Positions 25,901 to 38,500 of a DNA stretch of 64,000 nucleotides are shown piece by piece; positions within the stretch are counted from its first letter, which is position 1; every line of letters begins with the position of its first letter. This stretch comes from Mytilus trossulus (taxonomy: Eukaryota): the NCBI RefSeq assembly GCF_036588685.1, contig NC_086378.1:85188001-85252000 (forward strand), written 5' to 3'. The notes beneath the pieces are model-generated. The model did no database searches. It had not been told where the DNA came from and saw only the letters and a list, made by a program, of their open reading frames with translations. Position numbers and translations under genes: made by a program.

Positions 25901-28900
25901 TTGTGCTTAGAGCACTGAGCAAAGTTTTATGCCTTCAAGGCCTGGTAAAAACATATCTTGATCGAACCAGTTCGAGGTTGCTAATTCTCTTTTTTTTAAA
26001 GATGTTTTTGCTGAACACTTTATTCTCAGGCGGGTCATAAAATCTGATTTGATATTTGAAGGAAAATGTTTTCTAAAATTTGGATATTGTCAATGTGGTA
26101 AAAACAGATGTGAAGCATATTACTTTAATATATTGTGTTAAACACTTTGATATATGATGCTTAACATTTTGAAAAAGAAAAACATATCATTTTGATATTT
26201 TGTTCTTAGCATTCTACAATTTATGTTTATATATTGTAATGCTGTTTCAATATGATTTCATAGCATAAATAAAACTATGACTTCATTTCAGTTATTATGT
26301 ATAATCCCTGTCGTTATTTCTAGTGATAATACATATTCCCTGAAAATTTTACTGATTATATATAATTCCTAAACTGGCCAGTGATTCTACATAATCCCTG
26401 AAAATTTCAGGGATTCTACATAAGCACTGCTTATACAAATTCACTGTAACATATATACCCGGTTAAAATAAAATTCATGATGAAACCCACAATAAATCAT
26501 GTAGTTAAAGTGTGATTGAGCCCCTGTATATAGCAACACCCAAGTTACACCGAATGGTGGTGCGCCTGACAGAGACGGAATTAACAGATTAGGTAACAGG
26601 TAACAGGTAGGACTCAAATCTATAGTGGGTTCCAAATATATGGTAGATTCCTAATCTATGGTAAATGTGACTTTACAAACGCCAAACAAATCAAATCTAT
26701 TGCCGATTTTTGTTTTCTCCAAATCTATGGCAGATCTTTTTCATAACGGCACAGTTGAATAACGCCATATTACATTGTCGCAGCCGCTAATGATAGGGTA
26801 TTTCCCTCTACAACAATTTGCTGGTGGTTTAAAGGAAGTTGTTACTTTATCAGAAAAAGGGACAAAATGTGCTGTACCAGCCAAAGCCCTCAATGAAAAG
26901 GGACACCGCGGTTTTCAGTATCAGAGATATAGGAAAAGAAGTTTTTTATAATTATTAAGCAAAGTTCAAAAAGTGAAATATCAAATAACCAGATACCAAT
27001 TTGATTTAATTTGTCATCAAACAAAAAATTTATTAACAATGAAATAATATTATGTAGAAGTTCAAACTGTTCTATTTTATCTATCATTTTTTTTAAAACC
27101 TGCCTTCTTACTAGTTAGTTTGATGAATGGGTTTAACAGGTACCATTCACAGAATAAAAATGTTTATTTTTACGAGGCGCATCATCTCAATCTTTTAGTC
27201 TGGATGTAAGTTATATGAATTCATCATTTACGAAATGTTTTGGTTAACCATTATGGAATGTTTATTCACAAATGTTTATAGACATGCTCCCGTCGGCGGA
27301 TATTTCCACTTATTAGAGACCAGTCATTGGTTGTATATTTGCTGTATTGTTTTCCTTTTTGCACAAAATTTGCGGTAGATTTGAAACAACAAATTCCACC
27401 ACAGATTAGGAAATTACAAAACCTGCCATAGATTAGGATTGTTCAAATCTGTCTTAGATTTGGGATGGCAGGACGTCATATTTACCACAGATATCTATCT
27501 GCAATAGATTTGAGTCCTACATATATACTCAGTATGCCGGCGCTGCTGGAATGTTGCTACATAGAATTGGAAAGTTCACAAAAGTGTCAGAGTCCACGAA
27601 CCATGATGAGGGGGCTGGGTTGTATAATATCTATGGAAATGAGATTTTCAAACCCTCATACATCTGCATAAAAATATCATTAACTATGCCATAGTGCGAC
27701 AAAATAAATGAGCAGAATATAAACTATTTAAAAATGACATACCTGCAACAATACTGTATTTTTGTGTTCCTGTTGTATTCTCCATCAGGAAGAACTCCAC
27801 CATGTGAGTTGGCATTAGCGTTATCCTCGTCGTCCCAGTAGATAAAGCCGGTGGAAAATCCTATGAACAGATATTTGATATGAACGGCAATGCTTGATTA
27901 TAATGTGGATTCATTATTTTCGTACCTCCTTTAAATTTCTAGGAATATGATTTTTTAAAAGCAACCTCGTGGAGAACATGACAATAAGGGAAGTATTCGG
28001 AGCTTCCATACAGGGTCAGAAGAGGTGTTACGTTCCTTTATTAAAAGAACACGGTGTTAAGGGAAAGTGTTCAACGGATTAAACAATTGTCGGTGAACGA
28101 TTAAAATAAACTCATAAAACACATTTGAAGCTAACAAGGTATTAATGTCGGCATTTCATTTTGGATAGACAATACATGTTTGTAATACTAACAGTATTGA
28201 AAACTGTATCACTTTGATAGGCCACTAGTCTAAATACCATATGCTAAAACAGTCGGTTAGATTAATTCGTTACATTGTTGCTAGTGACTTTATATGATAC
28301 ATATGGTACTAGTAAAGTCCATTAGGGGACCCAGGTTTCGCTCGGACCCCATATGGAATTAACTGACCCTACATATATCGTATCAGGTCGCAAGCACACT
28401 ATAGAGTTATAATATTCGTTGGATAACAATTTTCGTGGATTTCGTGGAATTAGGTAATAGCGAATTGAAATGTTCAACAAATTACAAATAATCTACAGGA
28501 ATGTATGCAAACAACGAAATAAATATACACAAAAAAATCCGTCATAAACTAAAATCATATAGATGGCTTAGAAAAATGAAAAGGAAAAGGTAATATGGCA
28601 GTTGGAAATATTAAGTTAAAAGAAGTGACAAAACAAATTTGGAAATATAAATGTTTGGGAATCGAAACTAGACATACCTGAAGGACATGAACCACCATAT
28701 CGTGCAATACAATAATTTCCGCGCGGCCAGGATCCTGATCCACTGGAGGTTGTTTTTGTACAATAATACATCCTTGTATTTGTATTAAAAGTACCTGGAA
28801 GTAAATAAGGAGTAAATGCTTTTTTTATACATTAATACGTATTCATATATTCAATCTATTAAACAGTGTATTATCGGCTTCTGACTATTTATTTTCTAAT

Positions 28901-30579
28901 CTTTTGTGTTAATTAATTATCACATGGTCGATAATAATTTTTCCCCTGTTGGATGTTTTTGTACAGTGATACATCATAGTATTTCTATCAAAAGTACCTT
29001 GAAGTGCACAAAGAAAAGTAGGTTTTATCTGTCTATAATACCACATATTCAATTTGATAAAGACTTTATATTTTATATAAGCATGTTATTCATATAGTAC
29101 TTCCAAATGACATTTATTTGGTCCGTTTTTTTCTTCATTTAATTTATTTTTCTTTGGTTTGTCTTGTGAAGTTTGTATAATTCTGATCCGGTGAGAACAT
29201 TCCTTTAGAAGTAGATGATTTATACTTAGATAGATCGAACCTTCTCGAGTAAGAACTCCAGTCAATTTTTAGTCGAAAAATATCGTCAAAGAATGTTACT
29301 TCTAGATTTGAAAGTCCGACATTCCCTTGCGTTGCAATGTGTTTTTGAAAAGATTCTCCGTAAGTGCAAATAGTATGCAAAAGCTGCCAAAAAAACCCAT
29401 AGAGAAACATATCGCATTGCTACGAATACAAATTTTTAAACAAAGATTATTTTGATATCTTCAAGATTTATTGTGTTGTTAGATTGCTTCAGAAAAGCGC
29501 CCTTAACGCAAGAAATTTATAAATTGTTGTTTTAACTATTTCTTTGACGTATACTACGAACATTTTCGTATTGCATAAGAGACGTTATGTTTATTAGATT
29601 CAAACAACCGATTTAGTATGCTTACCGTTAAAGTGATGGCCCGGATTTGGAGTAACAGCGTTGATATTATGGGTATCTTCATTATCCTGGTACCTCCATC
29701 CTTCAGCCCATCCGAATGGGCACCCTGCTTTTGGTTTCGGAATTGAATATCTTCCAGCCGGCCAATTAACTACTATAAGTAGTAAGTGTATTTTAGTGCA
29801 TTGTTTCAAAACGTACGTTACTATTGCGTCAATTAGATAATATGGATTCCTTAAACTAAAACATTATCTGAAATGAAATCTTATACTATACTTACTTAAG
29901 TTCAAATTTATTCTATCAATTGATAATAAATCTTAACCTATTTTTTAGAATATAAAATTGGCATTTTATAATGTGTAAAAAAAGTTATCAAAGATACCAG
30001 GATTATAATTTAATACGCCAGACGCTCGTTTTGTCTACATAAGACTCATCGGTGGCGCTCAGAACAGATAGTTATAAAACCAATCAAGTACAAAGTAGAA
30101 GAGCATTGATGACCAAGAATTGCAAAACGTTGTGCCAAATAAGGCTAAGGTCATCTTTTCCTGGGATGAGAAAATTCTTAGTTTTTCGAAAAATTAATAG
30201 TTTGGTAAACAGGAAATTTATACAAATGACCATATAATTAATATTCATATTCACCGAAGTGCTAACTACTGGGCTGGTGATACCCTAGGGTAACACTAAA
30301 CGTTACCAGCAGTGGCACCGACCCAGTGGTGTTAAAAGGTAAACAACATGTTACAACAAAACAATAAGAAGTAAACAGTAGGATTTCAGGGATCATTTTG
30401 GTTTATATAGCCTTAATTTTTAAGATTAGTTTCGAAATATCTGAAAAACTCATAATTCACACCAAGAATACCAAGGCAAATTATTATCAATGAATAGTAC
30501 CCATAAACTCTAACAAAGAACGAATCTTACCTGCGGAAGCAGATGCAAATATCAAAAACAGAATAAACATGTTCTCCAT
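22938..30579 (-). CDS. Secreted ApeC-domain (apextrin-like) protein, copy 3, 214 aa, intact
   Basis: Exons 30579-30531, 29769-29626, 28794-28678, 27860-27743 and 23154-22938 are all GT-AG and in frame (645 nt). Signal peptide, three DxED motifs and 8 Cys are retained. Confidence 0.92.
24950..25178 (-). mobile_element. Penelope-like retroelement 3' fragment (continues at ~27521-27650)
   Basis: Homologous to 57880-58120 and to the reverse complement of 31640-31730 (KFYGRHHELVDR). The continuation CTGCTGGAATGTTGCTACATAG resumes at ~27540. Confidence 0.65.
26607..27520. mobile_element. Non-autonomous TIR element
   Basis: 17-bp inverted termini GTAGGACTCAAATCTAT / ATAGATTTGAGTCCTAC, with further imperfect subterminal inverted repeats. 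Confidence 0.7.
29981..30335 (-). mobile_element. Hammerhead-bearing ~350 bp repeat (retrozyme-like), mutated ribozyme
   Basis: Same family as 55885-56278. Minus strand reads CCGATGAGTCTTATGTAGACAAAACGAGCGTC, with core mutations. Confidence 0.72.
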
Positions 30580-31511
30580 CTAGATCTTTTCTCCACTCGC
30601 AAATCAAAGAAGCTGTCAAAATTAAATGTTTTTTTATGATATAGTTCACTATTTGTGTAGTGTAAACGCATTTCAGATTTGCTTATTGAAAAAGAAATCA
30701 GAAAAAGTAAGTGATTTTGAAAATCTTAAAATGAATTGTAATTGTTAAAGATAAGTACAAAGTATGATAAAGAAATATGTACACCTCTGTCTAGCTAATA
30801 CAAGGATAGCAGTCTTACTTAAATATAAAAACACGTACCACTGGTGATCTGATCTTCAAGAGTTGAAAGACTGGATTTACTCGAAAGAAAAACATTCCAC
30901 TAAATAACAAGTTTTGACCAATAGAATATCAAAGGAAATTAAACATACTGCGCCAATCTGCAGCGAAATTACAAGGACAACTTATTTTGTTTCTTATAAC
31001 CTTGTGTGTACTGCGCAAAACTAATTTTAATACACAATATAAATACGGTAAGTATTAGTCATAAATATAAATATAAAATGTATGGATAAAAAGTAACAAG
31101 TTTTATCCATAGTGTCAATCATGATTTTGAAATAGTAAGAATACATAAAAAATCTGCAAGGGCATACATCAACAAGTCATAGATAAAAACACGAGGCCAC
31201 CATATCACAAAAAAAATGAATCAAAAAATGAGGCCAAACTTTGGAAAAAATGTCAGATAACTAGAAATGTCTGCTATCTTTATTTTTGACCCAGGTTATT
31301 AAAATGTCCTCATCTCATCAATTAAAAGAGTGGGGATAAGATTTTCTAAATAGCTGAAAGAATTTTCACAGATAACCAAAAGTGTACAGATGGCTTTCAT
31401 CATATCATAGACTAGCAATAATGTTTAAATAAAGGCAACAGTAGTATACCGCTGTTCAAAACTCATAAATCCATGGACAAAAAACAAAATCGGTGAAACA
31501 AACTAAAACAC

Positions 31512-32030
31512 AATCTGCTTACCCTTCCGGAGCACCTGAGATCACACCTAGTTTTTGGTGGGGTAAGTGTTGTTTATTCTTTAGTTTTCTATGTTGTGTC
31601 ATATGTACTATTGTTTTTCTGTTTGTCTTTGTCATTTTTAGTAAATTTTACGGACGCCATCACGAGTTGGTTGACCGTTATGGAATAACCGTTTCAAAAA
31701 TGATATCGGATATGTTCCTTACGTCGTAACTACAATCCCCTTCCCTTTCATGAATGTGACCTATCGAATTACACTATTTACCGGATGTGTTATCACATAA
31801 GCAACACGATGCGTGCCACATGTGGAGAAGGATCTGCTTACCCTTCCGGAGCACCTGAGATCACCCCTAGTTTTTGGTGGGTTCGTGTTGTTTTTTCTTT
31901 AGTTTTCTATGTTGTGTCATGTGTAATATTGTTTGTCTTTTTGTCTTTTTCATTTTAAGCCATGGCGTTGTCAGTTTGTTTTAGATTTATGAGTTGGACT
32001 GTCCCTTTGGTATCTTTCGTTCCTCTTTTA
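31512..32030 (+). mobile_element. Penelope-like element 3' end in partial tandem (pseudo-LTR-like) arrangement
   Basis: ATCTGCTTACCCTTCCGGAGCACCTGAGATCAC... repeated at ~31513 and ~31832, flanking the coding tail SKFYGRHHELVDRYGITVSKMISDMF*. Confidence 0.65.
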
Positions 32031-33364
32031 GACGATATTATTCACAAAATTCCCCTACTTGTTATATAAATCGTTTCACCTTACTTCTTACTTTTAATAC
32101 GGAAAATAGAAAATATCAATTTAATGACAAGGTCAGATAACGTTTTGCTTATGCAAAATTCTAGCATCCTGTAATAAACACTACATGGAAAGTTAACAAC
32201 TTATTTGTCGTTCTATCAATAAATATGCGCTATTGCAACGATTTGGCCTTGAGCATTTTGATGCGTACATGTAAAACAAAAGCTATACACTGACTGATAA
32301 TTTATGAAGATAATATAAGGTTCTGTTCCGTGCTTTCAAACAATGATTTTATTTCGGAATACATATTAAAATATATAGGCGTTTTTCAATAAAAACGTAC
32401 TTTCTTTGTTGAAGGCCGTACGGTGACCTATAGTTGTAAATGTCTGTGTCATTTTGGTCTTTTGTGGATAGTTGTCTCATTGGCAATCATGCCACATCTT
32501 CTTTTTTTATATTTCTTGCCCCAGCCACTTAAAAAAGTTTGTTCGATTTTTGCAAGTAAATTTTTTTTAAGTCAGTACATTGAATTATATTTATCATTTT
32601 TAAGCAAAAAAAACCCCGTTTTTTTTAGAGGGATTGATAAAATATTGATTCCTGAATGGTCCAAAACAACCAAAATGGCATGTCCCTGGGCCGCCTGTTC
32701 AACACTCATATCGTAAAAAATGTAGAAATAAATGCTTTTTTCACTTAATATAAGTTCTTTAATAATTCAAAAGTATGTTTAGAGCCAACATATTTTAATA
32801 AACAGCTTTTAACATAGGATTTTTAATTCATGTCAGAAAGTGTGTCCCTGACAAAATGATCATTAAAATTTTCGAATGAACAGTTTTATAAAATCAATGT
32901 AATTTTTGTTTGCAAGAGATATAAACATTAGGGTCTTACAAAAGAAGAGATGCTTTTCTAACGGCAATTGAATTGTTGGTAAGAAAATTGAGCACATCAA
33001 ATGGACCAGAGGGATACCGTATTTTTGTTAATGTCCACTACGAAACGGGTCAAATCTCCTTCAGTATCTGGTTTTTAAGTTATGAAAAAATATCAATGTA
33101 CAGCTTAATAATGATTTGACGGATACAGTCAGTCTTGTTACTAATGCAACATAGGAATTTGTGAGGGAAAAATAACATGTCCCCTGCGAAACGGTCACCT
33201 ACGAAACAAGTATGGGAGAAATACATTTCGTAGTGCACGTGGACACTACCACTTACCATGCAGTCTTTTTTTTTTACACTTTTTCAAATATATTCGTGCA
33301 AAACAAATAACAAGGGTTAGTTTCATGTATTTTTTTTTTTATTAACATAGCTAGAATAGGGTTG

Positions 33365-33642
33365 ATGCATGTCCCAAGTCAGGAGCCTGTAATTCAGTGG
33401 TTGTCGTTTGTTTATTTGTTACATATTTGTTTTTCAATCATTTTGTTTTACATAAAAAAGGCCGTTAGTTTTCTCTTTTGAATTGTTTTACATTGTCTTA
33501 TCGGGGTCTTTTATAGCTGACTATGGGGTATGGCTTTGCTCATTGTTGAAGGTCGTACGGTGACCTATAGTTGTTAATGTTTGTGTCATTTTGGTCCTGT
33601 GTGGATAGTTGTCTCATTGGCAATCACATCATTTTTTTTATA
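33365..33642 (-). repeat. Abundant dispersed repeat family (AAGAAGATGTGGTATGATTGCCAATGAGACAAC...)
   Basis: Further copies at ~10110, 23755, 32405, 35200, 41240, 48920 and 53560. Confidence 0.75.
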
Positions 33643-35548
33643 TTGATGTCAACTACGAAGTTTTTAGTCCACTACAAAACGGTTTTGTAAACTACGAAAC
33701 GCATCAAAATGTCAACTATGTAACATGAGTTGTATCTTTATATGTGAAGTAGTGTCTAATCTTTATCGATAAAAAATGGTTCTTCAATTCAGAAAAAATG
33801 AGATTTTTCTAGTATATAAAGTAAACAAACTGGAATGTCTGTAGAAAACATTTAGAATTGCAAAAATATGTGTGTTTAGAAGCAGTTTCGTAGAGGACAA
33901 AAGTTTTAACTGTCCGGAAATGTTGGTCCTCGAAGCTCTCCATTATTAATTGGCCTTTTAAATTTGTCTATTCGAGTATCTATTTTCGCCAATTTAGAAC
34001 CTTTTTACTGCATTTTAAACCTGTACAAGTAAACAAAAAATCCGAAATACAAGGTAAATTCAAATGTGGTAAGACCACTAAAACTGACAAAATCAGACGT
34101 TTTCAACCCATGGAACGACTGGATTTGATATCTTTAACATAATGCAAACATCATTAACCATCACAATTTTGTTTTGTTTTGAAATCCTAAAATAGGTAAA
34201 ATAAAAGTCATTCACAGAGAATAACTCCTATAAGTAATAGAATGACCATTTAGACCAGGACTTATTCATTAGCTTATTTTGCTGAAAATGTTTGATATTT
34301 ATGGTTCCTTTATGTGTACTGTGATTTCTGCATCAATGGGTAAAAACTTTTCTGAAAGGCAAAACCCTCATTCAGGGGTCAATTGACGATTTCGGACATT
34401 CAAACTTATGTCTTCCTTTCTAATAAATATCTTTTAAAAAAAAAAAAATCTCTGCATATATATACTGCGATGTCCACAATTGGTTAAAATCATCATTCAA
34501 ATGCAATAATTCCTATATGTGGTCAATTGTTAATGTAATGCTCTTTTATAGCCAGATCTTATTATCAGTTTTACTGTTCAATTCTCAGTTTCATTTATGG
34601 TTTCAAGATAATTACCAGCCACTTCGGCCATGAATAGACATTTCAAGGGCAATAACTCTAAACGGGATTGTTGGATTTTTCTGAGATTCCAGAGGAAATA
34701 AACCTTCTAGTTTTGCTCTTACTGTTTCTGTTATTGAGGTATCGACCTCTGCCTGAAGGAGTTTTTATCTGGTTGGTTTTGCTCAAGCAACAACTATTTT
34801 AGAGATATACTCCAAAAATTGTATTTTGCCATGGTCTTTTTTCTTTACCAACAGTTGCAATGTTTGATGATGGATCAAATTTATAAGGTAATTTCTGTTA
34901 AACTAAATTCCCTATAAAATATTCAGGTAGTGTGGTAACATCTGTCCTTGTAGTTTTAAAGCTGTATTTTGAATAGTTTATGATCTATTCTTGTTACAGA
35001 CACACACTTCATAATTCTATTCAGCTGTTTTTATTTACTGTCTTAATTGTCCTAATAAGTTTTAGTTATTTGTCCTTATTCGTTGATCGACGGTCACCAA
35101 GTAATGGAAAAATTCTAGCATGGTCTTAAAACCTAGAACTCATCACACATTTGAATTTGGACAAAAAGTCGATGATCAGCTGATGGTACAAGCATTTTAT
35201 AGATTGTGACCTTTGGTTAATTTCTGTGTCATTTGGTCTCATGTGGAGAGTTTTCGCATGGCCAATTATACCACATCTTCTTTTTTATTATCAATAAAAG
35301 GTGTTTAATATCTGGTTGCTAATATGGTTTCGTCAAATTGCTTCACATAAAAGGGAAGTCATCAGATAATTGGACAATTTATACCCTGAATTGGGGTATA
35401 CCAAACTCCTTTTCACCACACCTATATGGGGTCTTTTTAAAATTCAATTCAAGATAACTCTTCATCCTTTTTTTTTTATAGATGGTTAATTTTAAGAATC
35501 AACAAAATTCAGCATTTCATGAGATTTCTTTAATCAACATACAATGTA

Positions 35549-38500
35549 TTATAAATTCCATCTATTTTCTACCCCAAGTTCCTTGCTTGCTGCCTCTCCT
35601 ATTTGTTTGTGTATTATATTTGCCTCTTCTTTTGACAGGGACTTACTCATGTCTCTATATACTATCTCATAACAATGTGAATGTCTCTTCATCTTTGGAT
35701 GATAAAAATTGTCAGTGAGACGGACTTGTTCTACTACATCACCCCCCACATTCCGCACCAAATCGTAAAAATCATTCTCACTATATCCATCTGTTATCCA
35801 GAAAGACATGTTGTATATTCTCTGTGGATAGCTGCTGACTTCCTGAAATACAAAAATTCAATACTATATAATATAAAAAAGAAGATGTGGTATGATTGCC
35901 AAAGAGACATAAGCATGTTTAATAAGATTTAAAATGAACTTCAGAGTGTATAGGTTATACTTCAATGAAACTGGTTCTAAACAGTGATGAAAAAAGGAAC
36001 AGTAAAAGGTATGTAAAAGGTAACCTGCATGATGCTTGTATAATATGAAATATTGGATTCATATTGTGAATGAAATTGAACCTTCAAAGATTATTTGATT
36101 GGAGGCCATAAATCTATTCTATGGTCAAACCTAACCAGCTGCTAACAATGTATTTAAATTTTTAAACTTATACTATCGATTTATTCCAGTCAAACTTTAA
36201 AGAAAACCATATATTAAAAGAACTAAAACATTCTCTTACAATAATATTTACAGAAATTTGGTGGCTAGTTTAGAAAGTAATTCTGGGAATAGGCAATAAA
36301 TAAAGGACTTACAGAAAATTTAAATATTTTTTTATGTTTGAACTTTGAACCATATTTAACAATAAATTTATAAAATGACATACAAATAACAACAAGATTT
36401 AGATTTTGAAATTGAAAGAGGGATGTATATTGGTATAAAAGCTGAAGCAAAAGTGTAAGCTATATAAGAACATGATCAAAGTTGAACTACAAAGTCCTGT
36501 TCTTCAAGATATATGATCTCAACATCTGTCTTATTCAAATTCTAAATTTTAAATATTTTTTCAAAATTACATGTATCTGATAAAATGAATTTTGTTTGTA
36601 TTCTTTCAGCTGAAGATTTGTTTATTACTTAAAACTTTCTTAATTCTTGCACTCACTTTTTGAAGAACCTTCCAGAAAATATCAATGTAGTTTGAAAAAA
36701 TAGAAAAATATAAAAAATTTGATCATGAGTTGTCTCCCATTGGCCTAGGTCTATAAATTGATTAAGAAATATATTTACTCCAGGTCAAAGTGGCTTCCAA
36801 ATGACTTCATGTTTTGTCAATAAAATTGTTTATAATTTGTCCATTTGTTTGAATGTGTATTCATGTTTTTGTTTAAATGAACTATAAATGATTCTTATCA
36901 AATAATCAACTGTGCTTTATTTTGTTCTTCATTTGATGGTATAGCTCAAATTTTGGTCACCATGATTAATTAATAGAATAGCTTGTATCTTGTATCACTA
37001 ATTTTCAATGGCTTATAAGTGCATTGAAATTTAAATTAATAGTTGAAATTATTTTCAATTAATACTTAACAAAATGTTTTGAAAACTGTGTAAAATTAAA
37101 AAAAAAAATGTCTCCTTAAAACTTGAATTTATAGATCTGGAAAATAGTTCATCCTCGTTATGACCTGAGATTTTCTTTTTCAATGCAGATCATGACTTCT
37201 ATTTCATTTATAGGTTAACAAATATAAATAAGGCGCCAAAATTAAAACCATAAGTTACCTTATATTTAATTGGTGTACTAGGATCCTTTACAGCAAACTG
37301 TGACATAAATCCAGTGTCATTGTATCTCCAAAACTGTCTTATGTCTGGAATACTGTATAGTCTCATTGCTAAACGTTCTAATCCTAAACCAAAGGCCCAT
37401 CCTATCTGATCTCCTGCACCAGCTAAAATAGACAGTAATAACAGATAATAACACAAACAAGAAATTCAGCAATTTTTGCTTTTCAAAAGGTCATTTCTCT
37501 AGCATGGTGAAAGTGACACTGCCAACATTTTAACTTGACTTGTGTTTTGTGGCAATAAGCACTATGTAAAAGTTTCATATCATTTGATTGAGGCAAACTA
37601 AGAATTCAGCAAATTTTCCATTTGTAAGGACATGTGTCAAAGGAGGCATAACCTTAAAACCATAAAATTGATGCCACAAAAAAATCAAACTTAAATTGTG
37701 TTTTGTGCAAATTGGCATTGTGTATAAGTTTCATAACATTTGGTTTAGGCAAACTAAAATTGTAGAATGGAAACCAATTTTGGAATGGACAGACAGACAG
37801 ACGAAAAATTAATGTCCCCTGGCCCAAGACCACAATTAATGACCCTGCTTTTCATTGTTCACGAATATAGTTCCTTTTAATTAGAGTGTATTTTTCCTTA
37901 TTTTTTTTTTCTTTCCCTTCCTCACTCATGTCTTAGATTTTTTTGGGTGGAAATGAAAGAAGAGAGGTGAAATAATGAGTGATTAGGCCAAGTGCAAAAA
38001 GGTGATATTTACAGTTTTTGGAATATCTCTTGACTTGTCCATAGGGGTATGGATGTGTATTGGCTAAATTTGTAAATGTGATTGCTTCAATCTTTCTGAA
38101 TTTTGGATATATATATGGACTAGTACTATACATTACACACACAAAAAAATTGACAAAAGTGCATGGTGCAATGTTTTTAATGATACAAAAGGTTCTAAAG
38201 AACTAATAGAGAAATTAATTGTGGTCTGTGGCCTAAGAGGCCCAAGACCACAATTAATGACCCTGCTTTTCGTTGTTCACGAATATAGTTCCTTTTAATT
38301 AGAGTGTATGTTTCCTTATTTTTTTTCTTTCCCTCCCTCACTCATTTCTTAGATTTTTTTGGGTGGAAATGAAAGAAGAGATTAATTTTTTGGATGTTGT
38401 ATTTAAACTGATTTTGATATGGAATGAGTGATTAGGCCAAGTGCAAAAAGGTGATATTTGCAGTTTTCGGAACATCTCTTGACTTGTCCATAGGGGTATG

